Shown: positions 47,965 to 59,050 of the stretch, one piece after another
How positions within the stretch are numbered: position 1 is the first letter of the stretch
Layout: every line of letters begins with the position of its first letter
Translations under genes and position numbers: made by a program
Notes under the pieces: generated by a model
What the model saw: only the letters and a program-made list of their open reading frames with translations
What the model was told of the DNA's origin: nothing
Database searches by the model: none
Source of the DNA: Octopus vulgaris
Taxonomy: Eukaryota
Direction of reading: 5' to 3'
DNA: 64,000 nucleotides
Assembly (NCBI GenBank): GCA_951406725.2
Contig: OX597832.1
Location: forward strand, 35,712,001 to 35,776,000

Positions 47965-48118
47965 GCCTCCTGCAGTTTCTGACTATCAAAAATCACTTGC
48001 AATACATTTGTTCACCCAGGATTGCAATAGAAGACAGTTAAGCAGGATACCATAGAGTAGGACTGAACCTGTAATCATATAGTTACAGAGGGAACTTCTT
48101 AACTATTCAGCCATGCCT
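47965..48118 (-). mobile_element. Decayed SINE family A
   Basis: GCAGTTTCTGACTATCAAAAATCACTTGC...AGAAGACA...GACTGAACCTG...CAGCCATGCCTGT. Confidence 0.6.
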
Positions 48119-48145
48119 GTATATGTACAAACACATACACATGCC

Positions 48146-48182
<37 letters not shown>

Positions 48183-49327
48183 GCACGCACGCACACACAC
48201 ACACAATTATACATACTCAGATCCACACAGATATGCACACATACAGATAAAGTGTTTACAAAATGGAAGACAGCATATAACATTTTATAGGAAAATGACA
48301 ACAGCAAAGAAAATGACGTAGGAAAATGAAACAATAAATTGATAAAAATCAATAAATCAAATGAAATTCAGCAGAATTCTTCACCAGTTGCACTTCTGTG
48401 AAACGGTAGTTTTAAAACTAATTGTATTAAGAAATTATATACAGCATAATTCATATTTTTGTTTGTGAATACAAAGACACCAAGACTTTTGATATAGATC
48501 TAAAGAAAAATAAAAAAATGAATGAATTATAAAGGTTTGTTGTGTATATAGATTTGTAAATTATATCTATTGAGCAACATGGCTAAACAGACAGGAATTC
48601 TATTAAATGTCTGCTTTAATCACAAGAACAAAATACTGCAGTGAAAGTTAATGGATTATATTATTCAAGTTATGTTTATTGAAATCCTAAACTGTATTTA
48701 AGGAATGTCTGCATACTGACACAAATACCCATTAAGGAAATGAACTGAACGTTCTGGATACATGATATTTTCTGGAGCTTCAGATATCTTATACGCTTCC
48801 TTGTTTACCTCACGTTAGCCATGTCCCAGCTCTGTTGATTCCATAAAGGATTTTTGTATAAATTACCACCGTTTTACTTTTCTGCTGTACCCACCATAAC
48901 TACCACTTTATTTTCTGGACAGTCGTATCATCATTTGTATGAGTGATACATGTATACTAAAGGATCAATCCTTTCCTATTTGACTCTGTACATTTGCTAG
49001 AATAGTGTTGTACTATTTGAGATCAGATCTAGTCACAGAATTAGTAATATTCTGTGGTTTTCAATATATTTGAAATAAACATGAATTATATTTATTTACA
49101 GTTGACCAAAGGTCTACTGAAACAATGAGAGAGGAAATCACAGGAGGAAGAAGACTCTGATTGGGAAAGAAACAGAATTTAAAAGGAAAGAGAGAATTAG
49201 TCAGAACAGAAGAGAATGAGAGAAGAGATGTAGAAAGTGGTCTTTTGAACTTTTAATTACTTGCCATGATCCAACTTTAATTCAATACTTTTGTCCCACT
49301 CTTTCTGGGTTTCCACACGTTGATTTT

Positions 49328-50590
49328 TTAAATTTCTGTCCCCAGTTTGCTATTTCTCGAATTGTATGCCAAGGTGAGTCTCTTTTTCCTTAGGGGTGAG
49401 TGTTGGGGGTTTGATAAATTGTTGTGTTGGCATGTTTCTGTGGGGGCAGGGTTGGGATTATTGGCAGGTGGGGTAGGAAGGGGATTGGTGTCTGCATTGG
49501 AAGGACTAGTTAAAGTGGGGATTGGAGGGACTGGAGTGGGGGAAGGATGGGGACGGGAGTCCTCAGGTGGTGAACTTTTCCTCTTTCTTCTTTTTCCTCT
49601 GGTCACCATCGTCCACTCACGATTCTCTGTTTCTTGCTCCTCCACTTTTCTCGCTCCTTCAGTCAGTAGAGGTGCAATTAATTTTTCACTGGGGCCAACT
49701 AGTGGTGTTAGTGCTGGTAGTGGAGGGCAGTCTATGCTAATGTGGCCTTTCTGACCACACTTGAAACATCGCAGTTTCCTGCTCTCCACTAACATTCTCA
49801 ATGTTCTGTCTTGGCCTATCCAAATGGTCTCAACTATGTTTTCTAGCATTTCTGGGGAGGCCTCAACTATCATTTCAATCCTTTGCCCTTGCCAGTTGCA
49901 TTGCAAGACTTTGATAATTATAATAGCTGCCACAATCCAGCCAACCTCCACCCTTATCCGAGAAGCTCATCTCTCAAGCTAAGTTGGGAAGAGCACCACC
50001 TCTGCTGTATTTCTGGAAGTCATAGAATAATACTTGACACTTTCTTCTGTTTTAAACCCCTCCTCCACTGTGATGTACTTGCTTCCTCTGGTAACATATG
50101 TAATGTTGCTCCAAATGTCTTTCAGATATTTTTCTATCTTTTTCCCTTGATACAATCTTTATTCTTTGCTTTTCCAAATCAAACAGTTTATACACAACTG
50201 TTTCCTTTTCCACTCTATGACTTACTTCCTCCTTTGCCAGGGTCACAACAATTTCGTGCACCTCTCTTTTTATTAAGTCTTTCAATTTCTCCAACTGTTC
50301 CTTACTTATTTGCACCTCCTCTCTTGAATTACCAGCCACTGCTGCAAACCTCCTTCCTCCCTTCACCTTGTCGATGCTATCAATGCATCTCAACAATTCC
50401 TCTTCAGAGAACTCTGTTGGAATACAACTGCATAACAGCACAACTCTCTCCCCCTCAAACCAGGGGGAAAACAGTATCAAATCCACCGAAAGGCAGACAA
50501 AACAAAATGTTCACACAAATACTTTTCAACATGACTTTCAAAATCAAACACTAACCTTTGGAGAAAGAACCCTTTTATGTTGTGTCTTTC
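49328..50590 (-). mobile_element. Decayed gag-like ORF1 with CCHC zinc knuckle (Tx1/L1-type LINE 5' part)
   Basis: Two consecutive minus-strand ORFs (50052..50486, 49328..49951) linked through stops and a frameshift. CFKCGQKGHISIDC (CX2CX4HX4C) is followed by EWTMVTRGKRRKRK and a Pro-rich tail. Confidence 0.75.
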
Positions 50591-50959
50591 AGCATAAACT
50601 AACTTTCCAGATGGGCAATATGGAAATCATACTGCCTGTGCTTTAAACCATCAAGTGACCACAAAGAATTATTTTTTTCATCTTTGCTTGCAAAAACAGA
50701 AAGCGGTGTTCTAATTCATATTGTATGAACTAGAAATTATCAGAATATAAATTTTTCATTCATAACACTACCAGGTCCCTAAGCATTTTTGTTGTCTAAA
50801 CAAATGCACACCGTTTATAACTTCTGATAATTATTTTCTGTGGATTGAAGCTTCTTTAGTTCTACTGGCTTCTCCTAGTTTTTTATCTCTTACTTCCCTT
50901 ACACAGTAAATATATAAAATAGCAAATATATTTTAAGAACTTGTAAATGTAAATAAGAA

Positions 50960-51380
50960 TTATCTCCCCTACACTGGAGCTCTCAAGGTTGGATCATACA
51001 TTATACATTTGGAAGCCACGATTAATTCGTGGCGAGGGAATTACCAAAAAGATAAACTAACATTTCTTTTTCTTATTTTTTTAACTTTTTGTTCCTCATT
51101 TAGTAATGAAAAATTATTTTGACGATTTCTGGTTGTATAATTTTGATTGTCATGTCTTTATAATGGATGTAAATAGTAAAATAGTTTTATATAATCCAGA
51201 CCTGAAGATTGGCAGTATAGTAAGATTGATATAGTATTGAATTTCGAAACCTTCTATTTTAGCAATACCGATAGATATATTGTCATGAAACGCATGTAGT
51301 CTATATAATTTAATATAGGATTCAGAATAAGAATTGTAGATATTAATTTTGATAAAATTTAATCATATATATCTCTATCA
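50960..51380 (+). mobile_element. Probable Penelope-like 3' end (endonuclease tail plus pseudo-LTR)
   Basis: LKVGSYIIH / KPRLIRGEGITKKIN* (one frameshift) resembles the E..I...KP.LNRD.G terminus of Penelope GIY-YIG domains. A hammerhead lies ~150 bp downstream on the same strand. Confidence 0.5.
51193..51322 (+). ncRNA. Type I hammerhead ribozyme, U.U variant with long stem II
   Basis: AGAC(51198)-CTGAAGA(51202-51208)-T-TGGCAGTATA...TATATTGTCA-T-GAAAC(51287-51291)-GCAT-GTA-GTCT(51299-51302). Extra pairing GTATTG/CAATAC and AATCC/GGATT. Confidence 0.78.
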
Positions 51381-51460
51381 TAGATAATGTCGTTCAATGT
51401 TGATTGAGTTGCTTGAAGGTGGTTCTGTCTCTTACACCTATCTCTCTCTCTCTCTCTCTG

Positions 51461-51500
<40 letters not shown>

Positions 51501-51748
51501 TATATATAAGAAAAAATGGCATTAAAATGACCTGGCAGATATCAAGTAAGCACTCAGTCATCATCATCATCATCATCAATCAGTGCTTAATGTCCACCTT
51601 CGATGTTGGCATGGGTGAGACAGTTTGACAGGATGATCTAGTGCAATATACTCTGTGGTGTGTGGTAGCATGTGAGTACATGTGTAAGTCATCTAAAAGT
51701 CCATAAGTCAGGAAAAAGATGCACACATATATCTGTCAATAGAGTGGG

Positions 51749-51845
51749 TATATTATCCAAAGTGTACAGTATTATACATCCATCATAGACAATTGGTTAG
51801 ATTGGCTGTGAGGGATATATAATACTGTACACTTCAGATAATATA
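51749..51845. repeat. ~45-bp-arm imperfect palindrome (probable MITE remnant)
   Basis: TATATTATCCAAAGTGTACAGTATTATACATCC... versus ...GGATATATAATACTGTACACTTCAGATAATATA. Confidence 0.8.
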
Positions 51846-51956
51846 TATATATATATATATCTTCTTTGCCCCCAAATAAAGCTTGCAACATCTGCTTCCA
51901 GATAAGTTGTTCCAGAAATTTTCACTTGATTTTGTGTGCTGTTGCTGCCTCTTTTA

Positions 51957-52018
<62 letters not shown>

Positions 52019-55000
52019 TAGTAATTATATATATATGATAGTGACTATATATATAGCTGGCTAACATTGTAACATTGCACTTCTTTTGATTTCTAAAAAA
52101 AGATCAGTGGTTACTGAAACTGGCTAAAAGGGGTTCTCTATTGCCCTGACAGACTTCTGTATGCATGTCTCTCTATTGTATGTCTTTACTTCATATATAA
52201 CAGCTTCGGTGTTGACCATTCAATGGATATTGTTTGTAAACTCTACATGTGTACACTACCTTTGCCCGAGGTCTTGAGATACTCTTTACTCCATTCTTTG
52301 ATACTAGATGCACAGCTAAGTTATGCTTAAGTTATGCTTATTAAATATTTTCCTATATTTATGATCATGCTTATCCCCTAATTTAAAGAAAGCTCTTCTG
52401 ACACATGTTTTCACATTTATTGAGAATGGGAAGTAGGAAAAAACCAGAAGACTTTATAGTGGTGCTTTCTCTTATAGATGTTAGAGCTGGGCATATATGT
52501 GTGCGATGCAGTCATTAAACCTACTGCTTACCGGAGGATCATTGTAACGAGGGAGGGTGGCTGGGTTAAAACAACTTGAAATACTCCTACTGACACTTTT
52601 TACAAAGTTTTAAACAGCAAGTTGTATTGATGTGATAGACTCTGTATGACCCTGTACCTAAATAAATCAGGCTTTATGACTAAGAAATTTACTATGCTAA
52701 GTTTGGTCCCTATAGTAGCCTTGAGCCCTAGGGAGTTCAGAGAGTGCCTATTCACTATTCATTTATATGCCATAACCAGTAATAATGATAAAAAAATGTA
52801 GTTGCTCTATTTCTCATTGTGAATGTGTTTTCTGGCTTTTAAACTGAAAATATATATATATTCTTACTTTAGGAGTTATTGAATTTACTTAAGTCTGGTT
52901 AATATATTTTAGAAATGAAAGTTTTGATATTACGAGATAAACATCCAAAGCTTGCTTGGAAAAGAAATGGATCCAGTTCAAGAGTATGATTTATATGTCA
53001 CCAATATATGTTATAGCAACACCAGGAGAACCTATACAACTCCATTACTGAAACAAATACCTTGCATTATAAACATGTCTTCTTTACATTAAGCTTTACA
53101 TTAAATACTAATAAAATTCTAATATTATCTCTACATAATGTTGGCACTATGCTTTAATTCTTTACATTAGTGTTGAAATCTCTAAAGCTAAATATGAGTT
53201 TCCACATCTAATGGAACTGAGTGGAAAATATATTTGTTCAGTTTAACAACTAATTTTCAGTAGAGTTTCTTTGGCTTCCTCTGGTAATAATTAGATTTAA
53301 TGCTTTTCAAATATTCACATTGTTATTCCAGGAAAAATGGAAGGAAACCGCTTGCAACACTTCACAAATTTTTGAACATCACTAAATTTCAACTTACCAT
53401 TTCACAGTGTTGATACATATAGATTGTTTTAATGAACAACACTGGTTTAATTAACACCAATTATTTGTTAAACAGTGAATGTTGTTTATATTCTTATGAG
53501 AAATCATTATGAAGAAAGTAAGGAATGAAAGGAAGAAGCTTAAAGAACTTCTGTCCTCGTCTGATAGCAGGAAGAATTATTCTTTGATAAACTGATACCA
53601 TTACAGTTAAGGAGACTGATGAAATAGGAGAGGTACCGTAAGACAAAGTGGTGTATTTTCAGAAGTATTGTTTTACTTGTTTCAGTCATTAGACTGTTAC
53701 AAATGAGACAAGGGATATAGATGTACTATGAAAGAGGTGTTACATGCAATGGCAGCAGCAAATACAGAATCAGTCTTGAAATGATACATAATATATCAAC
53801 AGGTAGACACTGGTAATTATTTAACAAATGAGAATGACCCAATCCATAAAAACGTAAAAATAAATGTTATAGTAAAAGAAGGTAAAGTAGAATTTTATCT
53901 TGTTACTAGAAAAAAGAAAATGATTATTAATTCAGGTGAAAATAATACTTGACTTTCAAGGTACAAGTTCCAAATCATAATTGGTGAACAATAGAAAGTA
54001 ACCCTGAGGCAAAACTTAAGCAATCATGGTTTCATTTCACTCTGAAGCCAAATCATAGTTATAGCATGACAAAAGGAATTGCTTTTTGGAAAACTTGAGA
54101 AAAGGGGATAGACGAAACAGAAAGAATTTACTTTTCACAGATTCTTTCCTAGTTTCCTATTTTCACTTTCAAATGGTTACCAAGCAAGTATATGGCATAT
54201 GATAAAACATTCCAACAGCAAATAGAGAGAATAAAAAAAAAAAAAAATATATATAACAGAATGAACAAAAAGGAGAAAAAACGAACATTTAAATATACAA
54301 TAAGTTGAATATTCTAAACAGTCTAACAGGTAATTTTGAAAGCAGTGCAGAGCCAAGCACTCTAAATTGTTCACATAGTATTTGTTAAAAGCTAATTTTG
54401 CCCCAGTTCTAACACAACAGAGCAAATAGAATTTTTAGACGTAACATGGCAGTTCAAGAACAGAAAAAAAGTAAGAAATTGGAATGTAAACACATCCTTT
54501 CTATGCTAGAGAGAAAGAGGTGTCTCCTGGCAAACTGCTTCATAATTTGTTGACAGCTCATTAGAGAAGATGTGAAATGGTCTATCAGGACACTGTCTCC
54601 AACAATTTTCCTCACATCAGCAGAAGAGAAAGAATGAGTTTACATTCTACTTTTAACCCACAGTGAGGCTTTGTAATATTTTTTCTTTCATATTTTCTGA
54701 TTTATGACATGTTGCATATAAATTATTTTTGTCTTTCCATCTCTCTTGGGGGAGTGGGGAGAATTGCATCTGGATCAAAAATAAAATAGGTAATGTTAGA
54801 CTCGAATAAATATCATGGAGCTATAAGCAACATGTTGCTACAGGAAAATGAAATGAAAAGTTTAGAATTTCTGCTTGAGGGTTTTATTTTTTGCCTTTGA
54901 ATATGAAGATCCTTAGAAGAATCTTGTATCTTGAAATATCAATGATTATTGGAAGATGGTTGGAAGTTTTGTTATTCTAATTATTCCACAACAATTTGTG

Positions 55001-55621
55001 AAAATACTTGGAAGTGAGTGGATGAAAATAATAAGTGAATATAACAATATAAAGTGAAACAATAAGCAAATAATTCAAAAAAGAAAACAAAACAATTTAG
55101 AATAGTCGAATATCTTTTTCCTGTACTGAAGCTGAACAATTCTCAATGGAATGCTTTGTTTTCTACTAAAAGAGAATAAAACATTTTATACTATGTTCTG
55201 TTCAAGAAATATATTTTTGCTATTCAGAATTTGGTAGGTTGAAAACTTAAAGTTAATACTGAATTGAATTATAATATTTGTCTTAAAACAGTAAAAAAAA
55301 CACATATAATTACTGAATATAAATAAAATAAATGCCAGCTAAACAAGGGTTTGTTTTGATGGTCATTTTGGCAAAGATTTTAAGTTACTATGCTGAATTA
55401 TATTGATAATAGCCTACAGTAGCTATGAAATATAGCAAAATGATAAATAGTATATGAGCGTCATTGATTAAATTAGTTAAATTAGTGAGGTATAGTAAGA
55501 AAAGATTATTAGTTGTTTTGAACTTTGGAATAGATAAAACAGTTAACTTTGTTTTGCTATGAAATGTGTAACTAGTCAGACAGCTAATTAGAGATGTAGA
55601 TTAATTACTATTATATCATTA

Positions 55622-55860
55622 TCATCATCAGTAGCAGCAGTATTTTACATTTGCTTTCCATGCTATCATGGGTTGGACAAATCCTCATTGTCTGGGTCAG
55701 TTCTTATTTGGTTTTAGCACCCTCCTAGATGCTTTGGAAGACTCACTTGTAAATTTTGGCTGGTTTTCTATGGCTAGAAGCACTTCTCACTACCAAATAT
55801 TTTACTGAATGCACAGGGCACAGTGTATCATGGCACCAGCACAGGAGAAGTTGTCTAGCA
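55622..55860 (-). mobile_element. Decayed Meta-domain-like SINE
   Basis: (CAT)n...TTTCCATGCTATCATGGGTTGGAC...TTTCTATGGCTAGAAGCACTTCTCACTACCAA. Confidence 0.6.
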
Positions 55861-56021
55861 CATTCTAAAACTGAAGAGACCCCCACTACTCTTTGATTTG
55901 TTCAAAGCATTTACTTTTAGTTTAGTTTTTAAGATACATCTTGCCAAGGTGGATAGTAGAGAGTGATACAGAGAATAGGGAGAATGATGAAAAAATAAAC
56001 CAGGGTATGGACAGCATAAAT

Positions 56022-56104
56022 AGGGGAATGAGTGATGAGGCTATGAAAGGGGAATGAGTGATGAGGCTATGAAAGGGGAATGAGTGATGAGGCTATGAAA
56101 GGGG
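56022..56104. repeat. 26-bp perfect tandem repeat x3
   Basis: AGGGGAATGAGTGATGAGGCTATGAA repeated. Confidence 0.92.
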
Positions 56105-57984
56105 AGCAAAGAGGCAGGAGAGGTAGGAGACATAAGTTTAACTGAGACTGTACAGCAGCTGAGCCAAATTTATACAAGTTAGAAAACTGATCTTTAAAAC
56201 AACAACAGTAATGCCACCAATGAAAAGCATTGACTGCAACTAACTTTTAAGGTCTATAAACCATTTAATATCAAAATAATTCTATGACAATTACTAAGCA
56301 ATTATTAGATAATGCTTTTTACATTAGAAAAGTAGATCCATTGAGAGCATTTCTTTTTGTCTGACCTTTCTTCACTTCTCATTCAACATTGCATTGGAAC
56401 ATCTTTACACTGGTAATGTCTTTTGTATCTGAGGTGGGCAGAGGACTATATAACAAACCGAAAATGTCAGAGAAACATAAATTTTTAAGTGAAAACCAAA
56501 AACCAAATTATTATCATGAGACTAACCAATGTGTTGCAAATAAGTTAGAAACGAAGCAACTTTCGTAACAATGCGAAAAACTATTTCATTAATTATAAAC
56601 TCCTGTCAGTTAAAATGCCAAGATTTCTGAAAATAAGAAGAATGGACATTTTCATTTTTAGTTTGGAAGAAGTCCAGAGAAACAAGGATTGGCAGAAGAT
56701 GAGTGAAAATGTGCAGCATCATCCAAGCACATGTTATATATTGATGATAGAGAGAAAGAGAGAGAGAGAAACTCTTTGAAGTGTTAAATGATTATATTTT
56801 AGTGATCCAGAAAGATATCTCTGATAACATGCTACTAATGGACATCAGATAGATTGACGCAGCTAAGACATGTTGCCTTCACTCCTACATCAGATAAATT
56901 AAGATGATCTATGGCTACTATAATCATGGCTTTATAGTGTCTTAATAGTAGAGGAGAAGATCTTAAGACTGCTTCATTTAGAGTAAAGGAATGTTTTTCT
57001 GGAGTTGAAACTTCTGTGGGATTTAAAGTATTCTGAGCCTGATTCCATAACAACTTTCCAGACTATTCTTTCTGAGAAATACTTTCAATAGTCTTACGTC
57101 CAAACTGTTATAACTGAGAACAACACTGTCCAACTTAACAGAAGGCAACAAGGAAATCTCTAAACAGTTACTCAATCTACAAAAAACAGCAACCAAATTT
57201 ACTCATTTCCAGTTAATTGTCTGAAAAAGAAATGACAGCCAATGTAGTCTTAGATTTACAAACAAATAGAATTGGCTCAACTTGGTTGTTTTTGACCATA
57301 AGTCTGTACAACCAGGTCCTACCTAGGGCTAAAGAGCAACAATAACTGTTATTCCAATTAACATTAATCAAACACCTTAATCTGCCAGTATTCCACATTA
57401 TTGATAAGCTTTGTTATTACATTTCCTTCAGTTATAAGAAAAAACAAAACAAAAACCACTTATAAAAACCAGAAAAACACAAACGGTTTCAACCTATTTT
57501 AGCTGTGGACAGTATTTAATGTTGTTGCTTTTACATGTTTGTCAATGTTGTTGTTTTATACAATACCTGTAATTGAATACAACATGTTCAGGTTATATTA
57601 GTTTCTCACATGAACTCAACTGAAATGTTTTAGTAATTTAGTAAATGAACACATTTCCTCCTTCTTTAGCTTGATGTTGGGGTTATTTCAGTTGTGCACA
57701 ATACCCAGCACCATCAACAGTGAAATTTATTCAATCCCCAGTTACTAACTTGTACTTGTGAGTAAATTATTTCACCACCAAAATAATATTTCACTTTCTT
57801 GTTTAGTTCTAAATATTATGAATTAATTATTGCTATGTGTTTGTTAATAGTAAAACTTTGTTCAAATATTTTACTTTCCTCATCAAATCCAAATTTCTTA
57901 AATATTTCAAGCATTTACTTATTGAACTTCTCTTAATTTCATAATATAATTATTTGATACGGTTAATATTACATGAACAGAGGG

Positions 57985-58490
57985 TAGCTGAATGATTGAG
58001 TTACTTCAGCATGAAAGTCCTAGAGTAGACGGAGGTCATCAGTATAGAAGCAACTCTGCTGAAGACATAGCTATACTGGGCAGGACATGTTACCAGGATG
58101 GAGGACCATTAACTTCCCAAGGTCATACTATATGGTCTGAACTCTCCTCTGGTCACATGACTGAGGAGCTCCAAAGAAGAAGTATAAGGACATCTTAAAT
58201 TCTTTGTCTCCTTTTACATTGATCGCCACCAGTGGTCTGTTCTGGCTGCAGACTATAAAGCCTAACATCTCACTGTCCACCAAGCAACAGCCACCTTTGA
58301 AGACACCCACAGGACCACAAGAGAGAGAGAGAAGAGGAAAATCAGGGACATAACAACCAGCCCTGATCAGCCCACCTTCGCATGCAACCCCTGCGGTCAT
58401 GCCTGTTTGATCCAAATCAGGGAGCCCCGCAGCAGATGTGGAAGTTCCCCTCTGTCAATCTTTACTCATGAAACTAAGTCATGATGATGA
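57985..58490 (+). mobile_element. RTE-clade LINE 3' end with C-terminal zinc-finger remnant
   Basis: YWAGHVTRMEDH.LPKVILY..LSSGH..GAPKKKYKDIL...FACNPCGHACL; ends in an (ATG)n tail. Confidence 0.85.
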
Positions 58491-58649
58491 TTGAATAGAT
58501 GACAGCCAGGAGCTGTTTGATGGAGTTAGTCCAGCAATATGGAATAAAAATGGATAACTTATGAGATCATTTTGTGATTTCTGTTTTTCTAAATACCTGT
58601 GAGGCTTGGACATTAATAAAAAAAAAAGGTAAATGCAATAAAAATAAGA

Positions 58650-59050
58650 CTCTACAAACAGCTGCTAGATCTCATACAAAGAACACATGATGAATAATGA
58701 AGTGAGGATGAGAATAACCTAGGCTATTGAACCACACAAGGATATGCTGACAATTGTGAAGACAAGTAAGCTGAAATGGTAGGGTCATGTTACAAGAAAT
58801 GGTATGAAATGGTAGGGTCATGTTACAAGAAGCTTTGACCAATCAGAGACAGTCCTTCAGTTAACAGTGGAAGGTGAACAAAAGTAAGGCAAATCAAGGA
58901 AAAAAATGGTCTTGTAACATCAAAAAGTGGGCAGACCACAATTTTGCTGACTCACAGAGGGCAGCAGAAGACCAAAAGAAGTGGTGAAATCTGGTACATC
59001 ATCATCGATAAACATCCCAATGACTGCACAGGCTACAGGTAGGATAGGAT
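58650..59050 (+). mobile_element. Second RTE-like LINE 3' end
   Basis: NNEVRMRIT.AIEPHKDMLTIVKTSKLKW.GHVTR...TVLQLTVEG...NIKKWAD..FADSQRAAEDQKKW; includes a tandem duplication of GAAATGGTAGGGTCATGTTACAAGA. Confidence 0.8.

Noticed and set aside
49347-50554. Plus-strand ORFs of 135 and 223 aa
   Set aside because: Antisense shadows of the gag-like ORF1.
51015-51033. GCCACGA-TTAAT-TCGTGGC hairpin as a Helitron end or terminator
   Set aside because: No CTRR terminus at the expected distance; it lies within the putative Penelope endonuclease tail.
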